From contig NC_042998.1 of assembly GCF_006345805.1 (NCBI RefSeq), forward strand, positions 36,952,001 through 37,016,000: 64,000 nt of DNA, written 5' to 3'. The position numbers and the translations under genes are program-made. The stretch is from Octopus sinensis. Lineage: Eukaryota. Below, piece after piece: positions 24,561 through 37,625 of this stretch (the stretch's first letter is position 1; every line of letters begins with the position of its first letter). A model generated the notes under the pieces. The model saw only the letters and a program-made list of their open reading frames with translations, had not been told where the DNA came from and searched no databases.

Positions 24561-24890
24561 TATATATATATATATATATATAGTTCATGCTGTAAATTTA
24601 TCACAGCTTGCTGAAAGGAAATGGAGGCAGTTTCCACCGACATATGATACAATTTGCATCATCTACAGAGAATGTTTTTGGGTCTAATAGCAAAACAAAG
24701 AAACTGATATTAAATTCATAGCGGCCTTAATAGCTGGTAGGGGAAATTCCTAAAATGTACAAATTTAATATATTTTTAACCTACAAACTTTCTATGTCAC
24801 TTTTTAAAAATTTTTTGTAGAAACTGAAATTTGTTTCTCTATAAAATAGAATTCCTTCTCTTAGTATCTCAGCTGCGACGTGAAATATAA

Positions 24891-24925
<35 letters not shown>

Positions 24926-25534
24926 ACACACACACACATACATACACACACACTTACATACACACACACATATTTGTACGCAAAAGAAAATGTAAACAAA
25001 TATATTTAGTCACATATACTATCATACAGGTTCGATCGACACGTGACTCTTCAAGTACTCATCTGAGTTTGATACTAGTGGAAAAGCATTTATAGCCACT
25101 TAATGATTGGAACTAATCCACAACGTCCAACTTCACAAGTTTTGCCAAGAACTTTTCAGAAACATCTTAAGAAAGAGCAAGTCTTTGATTTCTGAATAAG
25201 TAAGTGCTTTCAGAAATGAAGCCTACTTTTTTTATAACTATATTTTGAAATTTGCATTTCTTATTTTGGGGTATTTTTTTATACGTGTTTATTTCAATTA
25301 TGACCGTTTTAAATACAAATTTTCCTTCGTCACTTTTTTTAGTCCTCCTTACTCTCATCATCATTCCTTCCCTTTAATATGGTACTTCAATATGATCTTT
25401 GAATTAGCACCGTTTTCTCTCTCTCCATTTCAGTCTGAAATAACATGCGAATCTGCTTCACAATTTTTTTTTCTTTTTTATTTCACTGTAATTGGAATAC
25501 TAAGGCTTTCGTTCATGTATGTGCACGCCTGCAT

Positions 25535-25577
<43 letters not shown>

Positions 25578-25673
25578 ACACACACACACACACATACACG
25601 CACTTACACAATCAAACATATATGTGTGCATGTATCGTATCCACATATATATATACGGATCTGTATATGTATA

Positions 25674-25731
<58 letters not shown>

Positions 25732-27139
25732 CATATATATATTTATACATATATGTATATCACTGTATGTAAGAATATGTGTATGTGTGTATGTGCATGC
25801 AGGGATATAAGAATATATATCCCTGTATATCTGTATCCACATATATACAGACACATACACACATTTATATATATATATATATATACAAATATATATAAAT
25901 GCGTACATATACATATAATTTTGTGTGTGTGTATTTGTGTGTTTGTGTGTGTATGTAGCATATAATATGTAACAGATGCTTGCTAAATGAATGGTACTGT
26001 GGTGGTAGAGCCATTAGTGCAATCTATAGGGACAAATTTACGCAATGGCTGAACATACATTAGGGGTACACGAGACTATTTTATAAATTCCCTATGAAAT
26101 TGCCTGTTGCATACACAGTGGAACCATCAGCACCATTTGCAATATGAATAAATATTTTACTTTCTAAAAAGGTTATTTTCTCGATCTAAACTCTTTGAAA
26201 AAAATTATTCTCTCCAAATATACATATATAAATATATATAACAAAAATAAGCATGCAGAAAATCAGAGCTTTAATTGTAGATTTTACCTTACAAAGCGAA
26301 CAATTATTTCTAGTGTGTTAACATTTAGTTGTATCGAATGACGTTGAAATTCATATTCCCGAACATATATACTAACACAAACGTTTCCAAGACGATGCAA
26401 AATTAGTTAAACTCAAAGTATTTTCGGAAATGTTAATGCCAATGTTATGTTCTATATCGAAATACGTGAATACTATGGAGACCATCTTCGACTTTCTGAG
26501 GTGAAATCTTCAATTAAAGTTGTGATTTTATCTATACGTATATTTGTTGTTTAATACATTGAATTTCCCGGAATGATATTTAGATCTAGTTGCCACGCAT
26601 TAGGAATTAGCTTCGATGTGTATTATACTTGCATATTTTGGTATCTGCTTCTTGGATATAGTTAACCAATTCTATATTTATCGGCTGTCTATCTATACAT
26701 TTTGAGCATTCAACGACAATATGAGTCTTCAAGAAAGTTGCTCCAATAAATTCCAAAACAAAAGTTTGGATTTGTGGAGGGTCCAAGTTGGGAAAAAAAT
26801 CAGGGCTGTGGAGACATACAAGGAAACCGAGTGAAAACATGATGGAGGGTCGTTAGACCAGAACAAGTGAAAAATAGTGAACGCTGGGAGAAATATTTTC
26901 TTTGAAAAGAGAAAAGATAGAGGAGAGAGAAAGAAAACGTCCAGCCCTTAGAACGTCGTGCAGGAAAAGAAAGATGGTCACATGAGGTAAAGAAAGATAG
27001 ACGATGGTAACGAGAGAGAGAGAGACAAAAAGAGAAAGCCGGAGACAGAGAGAGAGAAATAGAAAACGGTGAAAAGAAGAAAAGGAAATTAGAGAAGGAT
27101 GGAGGAGACCCAATACCGATTTGGAATAGGTTTTGATAC

Positions 27140-27179
27140 AAAGTCAGGGAGCAGCTATTGGCGAAACCGGTATGACTTT
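27140..27179 (+). ncRNA. Eroded hammerhead motif (core deleted)
   Basis: AAAGTCA / TGACTTT 7-bp stem I, GCAG-CTAT-TGGC stem II remnant, GAAA-CCGG-TA with palindromic ACCGGT. CTGANGA is replaced by GGGA. Confidence 0.45.
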
Positions 27180-27320
27180 TTTATAATGACTCATAATAAT
27201 GATTTTTATAATTCTTATTTCAACGTCAGAAAATTTACTTCTATGTATATATCTTTGTTTCTTTTTAATTTTCCCCTATTTATAGGACATGTAATCTTTT
27301 TTTCTTTGAAACCTGTTTGT

Positions 27321-27402
<82 letters not shown>

Positions 27403-27468
27403 AGATATAGATATATATTTATATATGTATATATATATATGGATTAAGTGTTTATATATATGGATTAA

Positions 27469-28536
27469 GTGAAATGGATTAAGTGTTTCCTGACAGACAG
27501 ATCTCAACATGTTGTAGTTGAAGGGGTAAAATCAAGCCCAGCCAAAGTCAGTAGTGGCGTTCCGCAAGGCACTGTGCTGGGCCCACTTCTTTTCATCATT
27601 TACATTAATGACATTAATTACATCATCAAGCACAGCAACATAAAAATCTTTGCAGATGACTCCAAGCTACAGAAGGTCATAAATGAGGCGAGTGACCGGA
27701 CATGCCTTCAGTCAGATCTACTGGCTGTTATCAAATGGGCAGAAAAAAACAATATGCTGCTGAACGAGGATAAATTTGAGCTAATCCACTTTGGAAAAGA
27801 GGATGCCCTGAAACTCCCATACTCCCTTCCTTCAGGTGAAACTCTCGCGGCGTCCAACAACATCAGAGACTTGGGAGTAATTGTGGACAACAACGTAAGC
27901 TGGGCCACTCATATAAACACCAAAGTTGACATGGCCCGCAGAATGTGTTCCTGGATTCTCAGAACTTTCCAGTCGAGAGATATCCACACCATTATCCTTC
28001 TCTTCTCCACTTTTGCCCGACCCCACCTTGAATACTGTTGTCCACTGTGGTCTCCCCACACAATACAAGGTATCATAAAAGTTGAAGCACCTCAAAGGGC
28101 AATCACAAAAAAGATAGATGGCATGACAGGCCTCGACTATTGGGGTCGACTAGAAAAGCTAAAACTCTATTCTCTCCAACGTCGTCGTGAGCGCTACATC
28201 ATCTGCATGATGTGGAAAATATTCCATCAGCATTGCCCAAATGATGTTGGCATCACCTTTAAGGTACATCCAAGGCTTGGGCCCCGTGCCATCCGCCCAA
28301 AACAAAAATCGCACTCTCATCTCATAACAACAATACGGCACAATTATTTCACCTCAATTGGCCCCGCTCTCTTTAACATTACACCAAAACACATTAAAAC
28401 AGAAACTGACCCTATAGGGTTCAAGAAGTCTTTGGACAGATTCCTTCAAGAAATCCCGGATAAACCCCCTACACCCGGATATGTCTCTGTAAACAATAAC
28501 TCTCTACTTGAGTGGGCCATAGTGCCCAAATTCTGA
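27469..28536 (+). CDS. Reverse transcriptase C-terminal ORF of a CR1-group LINE (355 aa, no stops)
   Basis: RT motifs SGVPQGTVLGPLLFIIYIND and IFADDSKL, followed by RPHLEYCCPLWSPH and LYSLQRRRERY, typical of CR1/L2-group ORF2. 5'-truncated. Confidence 0.92.
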   Translation: MKWIKCFLTDRSQHVVVEGVKSSPAKVSSGVPQGTVLGPLLFIIYINDINYIIKHSNIKIFADDSKLQKVINEASDRTCLQSDLLAVIKWAEKNNMLLNEDKFELIHFGKEDALKLPYSLPSGETLAASNNIRDLGVIVDNNVSWATHINTKVDMARRMCSWILRTFQSRDIHTIILLFSTFARPHLEYCCPLWSPHTIQGIIKVEAPQRAITKKIDGMTGLDYWGRLEKLKLYSLQRRRERYIICMMWKIFHQHCPNDVGITFKVHPRLGPRAIRPKQKSHSHLITTIRHNYFTSIGPALFNITPKHIKTETDPIGFKKSLDRFLQEIPDKPPTPGYVSVNNNSLLEWAIVPKF

Positions 28537-28625
28537 CTTGAAAGACTTCACCAGGTGGTGCTATTAAGTTAGACATGGCCTGGGCCAATAATGGCCGAAA
28601 CCTATCAAAGTATCAAAGTATCAAA

Positions 28626-28626
<1 letters not shown>
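27472..28626 (+). mobile_element. 5'-truncated CR1-group LINE inserted in (TA)n
   Basis: ORF above, short 3'UTR with GGCC-AATAAT-GGCC stem-loop (28583-28596) and (TATCAAAG)3 tail (28603-28626). TA tracts on both sides. Confidence 0.92.
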
Positions 28627-28691
<65 letters not shown>

Positions 28692-28779
28692 GTATACTTA
28701 TATATATACATACATATATACATACATATATATACACAAATATATACGTGGACATATATATATATATATATTATATATA

Positions 28780-28828
<49 letters not shown>

Positions 28829-29505
28829 ATATATATACACATAAATACATACATACATACATACATATGTCTCAATATATATAATCAAGCATAAAATCAT
28901 TTAAGCCTTAAAGAAGCAAGGCAACAATCAGGCATTTTCTTATTGGTTAAGTGCTAACATGTTATCCGTGCAAAGAATTCTAAGATATTAAATCAACTAT
29001 GTCCGCAAACCTTCTCCATGTGGCTGAAGCTTAGTTTCAAGCAATGTTACATTCCGTTGTATTTTCATGTTTAGCTTATCGGAAACATTCAGTTATGTAA
29101 ATACTACTTTATATTTTGTTTATATATTATACATACAGAATCATATGACGAGAACATCATTAAATGATTTCTTGTTCGGTATGTGCTACTGAAGTGACCA
29201 TTTCAGCAATAAACCAGTGGGAAATTCGTAGAAACTTCTCACAAAAAAATTCCAAACAGAAGCAAGAAGGATATAAATAAAGGTGCGTATATTATTAATA
29301 TTAGATATGATATTCATCATACACAAAAACGAACAGTTGGTAAATATTGCTTGGAGAAAATTTTTCAACAGTATTATAAGATGACTAGGAATGTGAAAGA
29401 TAACAGAAATTAATTATATCAAACAGTGCATATCAGCGCAAATCACAGAAAAAATCATGCGCTTATTTACAACCCCCACACACAAATATTCGTACACAAT
29501 GATAT

Positions 29506-29623
<118 letters not shown>

Positions 29624-29824
29624 GCGAGAAAGAAGCAACAAGAATGGATAGGTTTTTAGTACGATCGTTTCATACAAGGACAGGTTTTATTAAAAGTTGC
29701 AAAGATTACAGCATATAAACGAGTCCCGTTTATATGCTGTAATCTTTGCAACTTTTAATAAAACCTGTCCTTGTATGAAACGATCGTACTAAAAACCTAT
29801 CCATTCTTGTTGCTTCTTTCTCGC
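29624..29824. repeat. Perfect palindrome, 98-bp arms, 5-nt loop (AGTCC)
   Basis: 29624-29721 is the exact reverse complement of 29727-29824 (checked base by base). Immediately follows a long (TA)n tract. Confidence 0.97.
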
Positions 29825-29943
29825 TTATAATCACCCCACATTACTGTATTGTTAAATCAGTATAGTTTTTTTTTGGTGCATCTAAGTTAGGTACCATATT
29901 CAAGTAAATTCATTTAAATTAACTTGAATCTTTATTGCTCTTT

Positions 29944-29977
<34 letters not shown>

Positions 29978-32825
29978 CGATTCTCATGCTCAAGTGTGTG
30001 TAAATATATAAATATATGTGCAAACACGTATATTAGTTGTTATGTAGGTGTGTATGTGTGTGTCTGTGCGAAAATATTATATGATTAATGCGCGCGCTAG
30101 AGTATCAGCAGAATTAGCAGAAGTAAATAATAAGTCGATACTTTGTGAATAATTAGAATATTATAAATTCAAGTTGACAACTCCAACAGCTAACACAAAT
30201 TGGACTTAATTAATTACACTTATTTTATTTACATGAACGGGATTGTAGGAATAACTATAAATTCAATAATTATTCATGATGTCGTATCTGATAATTCTTG
30301 ACAATTCTTAATGAAATTATCGCACTTGTAAATTAGTGAAAATTCCTCTTCTTATAACGCCCGACAGCACAATCAATGCAGTGTTTGGACAAGACAACAT
30401 TCCTTGCGCTATTATGTTACGTTCCTTTGTGTTTTATTTTAAATCCTCACTGTGTGGACTTTGACTCTCCTCTTGTTGCTGTTGGTGAAATAAGGAGCCG
30501 TGAAGTAGTGGAGTCAAATAAATGAACGGTATCATCCATTCTGTGTACAGCTTAGCTTATATTATACAGAAAATTGTTACGGCCGTGCTTATCCATTATT
30601 ACTTGCTGTGCTCAATAACAATCGAACAGTTTGGAAAATATTAAAATGTGAGTGTGAGCCTGTGTTTAAATGCATATGTAATCTGTGTGTGTGTGAATGT
30701 GAGAGTGTGTGTGCTTCATATAGAAAACGGTATCTAGTTTTGGAATTTTATTATTTTTAGTGAATACTAATAAAGGTGAGTTTGTTGAATTGTTTAAAGT
30801 ATTAAATGGAGGAGAATCTAAAGTAAAATATTAAATTAAAAAAGTGAGGGTGAAGAGCTTAACTCCAGCCCTTGAGATTCTTCTTTCGCTACAGCAACCG
30901 GACACATCAGAATGTACAGACATTACCAAATAATGTTCGAGGCAACAGACAGTCGGTTTTCTAGAAAATAATAACAAAATGTCAGCACCTATCAGTTAGC
31001 ATGCAGCTATGTTAAAGATGAAAATATGAAGCTGAAATGGATTTGTAGAACTTCTATCATAACAGAAAGATTAGAAAACTTCTTGTCACATTAACATGCA
31101 GAAGATGAATAAGTAACAGGTACCTTAATAAATATCAACAACTAGAATTCTTGGTAAAGCGACAACATAAACGTGATGTACAACAGAAGATGGAAACGAA
31201 ATAGGAAATAGTACAGGATGGATTGACCAGCGGCAATGTTAAAGGAAATTAGGGTAGCAAAATATAAGGGATTAATGAAAGAATTGAAAAATTAGAAATG
31301 TATCAAAGAAAAACCGCCACAAATGCAATCATACACTATTTAAAATATCTACCCAGAGAATCGTTAACTAAAATGCCCGAAATATTATTAAATAAATTGA
31401 ATAAGGCACCGTATTAATCAAATGAAAACAGTTATAACTATACTCTCAATAATTTTATTTTTAAGTAACTGAGTTGAATATTTACAAAACATCTTCAGAA
31501 ATGGTGTATCATGTATCATGAACCAGAACAAGGCCAAAAGAATTACATATAACTTATATTATAAATGCAAAATTATTTAAACAATCATGTAACAGAAAAT
31601 TTTTCAAAAATTAAAGTCTTTGTATCTCTAAAAGAAAATATCTCAGAACACTGTATTGCTGCATAGCACTGTGAAAGAATCGAACCACTAAACTGAATGA
31701 CAATGACTTAAGTTTTGTTTAATATTCAAGTATTGTTTAGCTATATGTCTTATTCGAGTAAAAAGTGAATGAGGCGAATCAGTCGAACAAAAATGCAACG
31801 ATAATATTCCGAATACTGAAATATTTGGTGAAATGTTTCGCAATGTCACACTAGCATTTGATTTGTGTCGAAATGAAAGGGATACTGTTTAATCCATTAT
31901 AAAATCCCCTAGGAATATAAGACTTCAATAGCGCATCATGTTAAATGGTATATTTATTTGATTCAAATCTATCGATTCTGAAATCAAAGTCTTTCACTAT
32001 TGTAATTAAATACTTAAGCCAAGTTTCACGTACTCGATCAAAATCAAGTGAATGGAGAAAATGTGTTGAGCAGATTTGCAACTTCAGGATAAAAATACTT
32101 GAAAGGCCATCATGCGTCTAAAAAATGTTTAACCTAAGTAAGTTTGTGTAGGGTTGGACAAGGAGCATTATGTAGCATCATGAAAAGATTTAAATACTAT
32201 AATTAAATATTACAATTATAAATATTATAATTGAAATATTATAAACTCATGAACATGTCTCGTTCCTGTTGGCAACTAACTTATTTAAAACAGCTGTAGC
32301 GCGAAAGAAGAGCGGCATCATTTACAGGCCTCATCATTGCATCTCTGGAATATATAATGATAGAAATCCATTAGTAATTTGAAAGAAATTTTAAAACAGA
32401 ACCTAGACATGCAAGTAATATCTATTGTATCGTTGCTATTCATTTAATAGAGAAAAGTGAAGAGATTTGAGATCCTGAAGCAAGTCTTATTATGGCTAGG
32501 AGTAGATATGCAACGGAATTCAGCGCTGAAAAGAAGCACCGTAATGATAACTAGCAAAAGCAAGAAGAATAGGAGAAAAAGTGTAAATCATGTGAAAATA
32601 GGGAGGCGTGAATTAATTTAATGAATTTAGATAATTGACGAGAATAATCATGGAAGATGTAATATAAGAAGGAAGTGAAAAGACCATTGTGATATAGAAC
32701 TGGATTTAGCAAATCGTTATTTTCTGAGAGTGTCAGTAAATTTAACTAAGTTTGAGAACGAATGATGTAAGATGAAAGTGAAAGAAATATGACGGTCTTT
32801 CAGTGATATACAATAGAACGTTTAA

Positions 32826-32860
<35 letters not shown>

Positions 32861-32888
32861 ACACATATATATATATAATATATATACA

Positions 32889-32924
<36 letters not shown>

Positions 32925-32929
32925 TATAA

Positions 32930-32967
<38 letters not shown>

Positions 32968-33629
32968 TATATATATATATATAATATATATATATATAAT
33001 ATATATATATATAATATATATATATATATATGTATATTTATCTTACAAGAGAGTTTAGGAAAGAAATTGCGATGAGACACGCAAGTGTTTTGTCTTTTGA
33101 CATAAACCGGAAAAACGAAATTTGCCATCTTATGAAACAGAGAACTATAACACTCTCACTAAATAATCCATTTAAAATTGGGACATCATAATTTATGAAT
33201 AACTAACTTCTATATTTAGAAAATTATGTTTGTTTCAGTTATTGCTGCGTAAAACCAATGTTTCACGAGGAGAACAATATTGTCTACCATAGAATTGTAG
33301 CATATTTCTGTTTTCGAATTATGAAAACTTTTGCAGATTAACGTTGGTGAGTTTCTAATTATTTTCATATCTTGACGAGCCCCAATCCCTGCTAATTACC
33401 AATCACATCACATGATGTCTTCTAGAAGATCATATTCTATAAAGTTTTCCTGTAAAAATAAATATTTGATATTTGGAGAGGAAAACAAGCCACAAAATAA
33501 TCGTAACTTAAGACATCATAATTAATTTCATGTTCTTCTCAAATGAAGTAAATAAAAACGGTATCGTCTATATAAACAATTTGCCTGTCATCTTTTCGGG
33601 TGCAATAAATTAGGTACAAGCTGCATACA

Positions 33630-33845
33630 GGGATCGATCTAATCGACTGGCACCGGGCCTGTGTCTAGAGTAGAAAAAATATAAATAATAACATTAATTT
33701 GATAAAGAAGGCAGCAATCATTAACAAGCCAAGCAAAATGCTCAGCGGCACTTCCTACGTCTCGATGTTGTGAGTTCAAATTCACCCGAAGTCGACATTG
33801 CCTTTCATCCTTTCGAGGTCCTATAACATGGGCACCAATTCAGCA
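33630..33845 (+). mobile_element. Two degenerate SINE family A fragments (tail B piece, then head+core)
   Basis: gggatcgatctaatcgactgg..gggcctgtgtctagagtagaaa, and aaggcagc...gttgtgagttcaaattcacccgaagtcgacattgcctttcatcctttcgaggtc. Confidence 0.7.
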
Positions 33846-33857
33846 CACATGCGTACA

Positions 33858-33873
33858 TACATACATACATACA

Positions 33874-33907
<34 letters not shown>

Positions 33908-33929
33908 AGTACATACATACATACATACA

Positions 33930-33963
<34 letters not shown>

Positions 33964-34032
33964 CGTACATATATACATACATACATACATACATACATAC
34001 ATACATACATACATACATACATACATACATAC
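33858..34032. repeat. (TACA)n microsatellite
   Basis: Direct inspection. Confidence 0.95.
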
Positions 34033-34144
34033 AACGACCGGCTAATTCGTACCTTACTAGTTAAATCTCTGAGTGGAACAGTTAAAACATGCAAGACATT
34101 TCTCAAGTTCCGGATGGTCATTTTTGTTTGGGTGGGGGCCAAAC

Positions 34145-34466
34145 AAACACACGCACTATATATATATTTTCCTTCACTCGTTCTTATTTTATTATTTTAA
34201 TTGATGTCCATTGTCAGGTAATCTTTTGTCACACATCTGTGACCTCTTCAGCGACACTTTTTGTTTTCGTTTGTGTTCTTGCTCCATTTACTCCAGAACA
34301 GAATGGGACAATTGGAGCAGGAACATACACGAGAATAAAAAAAAGTGCCGCTGAAGAGGTCAAAGATGTGTGACGTAAAATTTCCGGACAAGGGACATCA
34401 ATTAAAATAATAAAATAAGAACAGTAATAAACGAGTGAAGGAAAAATTTATATAGTACGTGTGTTT
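34145..34466. repeat. Fold-back element, ~145-bp imperfect arms and ~20-nt loop, with a hammerhead core remnant in each arm
   Basis: aaacacacg.actatata..ttttccttcactcgtt..cttattttattattttaattgatgtcc...gctccatt is mirrored by aattggagc...ggacatcaattaaaataataaaataagaa...aacgagtgaaggaaaa..tatagtacgtgtgttt. GTGYCG-CTGAAGA-GGTC-AMAGATGTGT-GAC reads outward on each strand. Confidence 0.9.
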
Positions 34467-35153
34467 ATTCGCTCCTCACCACCAAAATTTTTTTTAAAAA
34501 AGAGTATCCCGAAATACAACATTATCGGTTTGCACACACGATTTTATACCAAGAATCTTGCTACGCAAATTTATAACTGTAAATTTCTAGATATTCAATT
34601 TTACAATTATAACAACATCATGCTTGTTAATGCCCTCGAAGTTTTTTCTATTCTCTTAATGTTGCGGATTTTAGATTTACTGACAGAAAGTAATCTACTC
34701 GGAATATCATCCTTATGTGTGTATCCGCTTTCAGGCCTATACTAAATACACATTATATCAATATGTTTCTGTTTTCTGGTTTTATTTTGTTCAATGACCC
34801 TATCATTTGCATGATTTCATGTGTTAGTTAAGAAGAATTAAGAGTTATATATCTGGAGCTAAGATATCTAGCATTATATCATTTTTTATTTAATTTATGC
34901 ATAGTTCATGCATTTGGGTTAAAGAATCAATTCCTCTATAAATAATGTATAAACATTTATCGATTTAATTTCCGAAATTTTCTGGTCCATTTATGTTATA
35001 TTTTTTAGTTCTTATAATTAACGACCTATCTAGGTTACTCGTTACGGATTTGATTGTGCGCAGATGAGGCCTACCATTAAAGCATTTGACTTGCGTGTAT
35101 ATGATCGTACTAGAGATTCATTCATTTACAAAACCAATAGATATGCCATGTAT

Positions 35154-35184
<31 letters not shown>

Positions 35185-35253
35185 CATATATGTACATCGC
35201 ATATATATACACATATAAATGCACACACACACACACCACACACACACACACAG

Positions 35254-35319
<66 letters not shown>

Positions 35320-37128
35320 AATATATATGAGTATATATGTGTGTGTGAGTTATTGACAGATTGACAGTAACATAGAGAGAGGGAGAAAGAAAAAAAAGAG
35401 AGAAAGTGCTAAAGTGAGAGAGAGAGAATTAGAGGGAATTTTAAACAATACATTTCGTTTCAGCGTTATTGATCCTGCATTTAAATGCTTCCAGGTCTGA
35501 TATTCAATAAATTTGAATTTTATTAGAACCTGCCTGATATGATATCGCAATGATAGGTGTAAATATCTTCGTCAGCCTCCCGAGGATTAATGATATGCAA
35601 TAAGAATTATGTATGAGCTTGTCCGTCCTTTGATCATAGTTAACTTCGGTGGTACACTTTGCTGAATTTATAACTATGCATTTTGTTCTTGTCTATACTG
35701 TGCAGAGTTCATTGCAAAGGGGACAGTTCTTTGGTTGGGAACCAAAACCGATAATATGACATTACATTGCAACAAGGATATTGTATAAAAGCTTATCTGT
35801 ATCACTGTAAGCCACATTGAGCATAATCCTATGAACCCGGAAAAATTTAAAACTTTAACCTTGCAAACAAATGTGGTAACATGTAACGTTATTGAGCGAG
35901 GTTACTGTGGTCTTTTCCGTAGGCTTTTCTTTCCACGGAAAAACCTTATCTGCTTTCCCCTTTACACTTTACATTATGACAGTTCTGTGATACACGATCC
36001 CTATTGATAATTTTTTCTCTTTTTTTCTTTTTTCTTTCCCTTTTACGATACCTCTTGATCGAAAGCATACCCCGCTCCCCCCCAAGCTCTACTTTGTAAT
36101 CTATCCCGTCTGTGTGCAGCCCTGTGTGGCTAATAAAGAAACATATATTTAACAATATCGATTTTTAATTTGGATTACCATCTTCGAGGTGTGAGGGGAA
36201 TATTGTGCCAGGCTTTAGTTTTCTACATTTCGTAAGATTAAGCGTAAGACCAGCTTTGAAATGCTTGCACATATAGAATGCATGGATTTAAATTTAATAC
36301 CATCTTTCATCAGAATATTAGCAAAACCAGCAAAATTAATCGCTGAGCAATTAATTGTTAATATTCAGATATATTTTGCCGTTTATTGCAATATAGATAC
36401 CTCTTCATATTTCGGCTCGATGTCGTTTCAACCTTTAGACGAGTAACTTTCTTCGAACTTGCGTTATTAGGATGGATATTTTCAATTTGAAAATATTGCT
36501 TGTATATGTCTAAAGCTAAATTTTTAATAATTTTCAAGTTCTGATGGCATTGGAAAGAAGAAAAATCTTAGGTTGCGGCTTCTATTTAGTAGTTCATAGC
36601 AATATAAATCGATAATTATATTTAATTATGTTCATGAAGATTACTTTTAATTATCTATTTAGAAATGCTCTGTTAAATATGGTGATGAATGCCATGATAG
36701 GGGAAGAACAGGAATTGGAAATAAATCGTTTTATTAACCCTTTGATATTTCAGAAAGTAATTAAATTTTCTCCTTGTTATTGTTGGTTTATTATCTTTAT
36801 CTTAGATTAATTGATATGTTGATCATAATCTCACAAACAAAGGTAAATATTGCTAACGTCCAAGCATTAAGAAAATACGATTGATTATTATGAAAATTAC
36901 TTGCTAAAATCAATAAATTAAATATATTTTGTTGGTTTCCCCACAAAATATTTGATTACAATAAGCCAATAATTCTGATATCGCATGAAATATATGCCAA
37001 CAAATATTCTGGAATGACTTGATGTATAAAATCTTCTGTTCAGCCTCTTGTATCAGTTCAAATCACATTTAGCTTACGTTACCTACAAGCAGATATATCT
37101 GCTTTCCTAGGGGCTTTATTCCAAATGC

Positions 37129-37625
37129 TTGGCTTCGCTTCGCGAACGATGATAACAGAAAAGGTTGTGCATGTCTGCTGCAAGCCTGTCGTTGCCACCG
37201 AGCCCAATTCGGGATAAGCAGAGATGACCGCAGAGGTTGCAAAGCTGGGAAGGCTGATGAGAGTTTGTTATAGGGTCCTTGTTTTTCCTCTTTATACTCT
37301 TGCCTGCAAGGATAGTGAGGCGGATGTCTTCAAGTGAGACTGATGCGTAGAGGGCAGTGAGACGCCGGGCTTTAGGGTCAGCGGCAGGAACAGGTCACCG
37401 GTGGTGATCAATGGGGGAGGCGCTGAGGGATTACTTTCAGGAGTCTTTACCTATTCTGTGGTGCTTCTCTATCATTGTGACCAGAGTAAAGATTGCTATA
37501 CGGCGTGGGAAGCCGATCATCCTCCGCCATGTTAGAGTGCCCTGCAGTGCGTAGCTGCGACTTAAGCTTTGATGTTAATCTTTGCGTAACCCAGGACCTC
37601 GACATCAGTGACGAATTCACTTCAG
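37129..37625 (-). mobile_element. RTE-clade (BovB-like) LINE 3' end, decayed
   Basis: Minus-strand frames give LRTAGHSNMAEDDRLP...YSGHNDREAPQNR and CNLCGHLCLSRIGL, and the element ends atcgttcgcgaagcgaagcca, matching the RTE ORF C-terminus and tail. Confidence 0.85.

Noticed and set aside
28575-28605. GGCC-AATAAT-GGCC-GAAAC at the CR1 3' end resembles half a hammerhead
   Set aside because: No CTGANGA upstream; better explained as the LINE 3' recognition stem-loop.
35490-35580. Minus-strand CTGACGA-A-GATAT...ATATC
   Set aside because: No GAAA and no stem I complement; likely chance.
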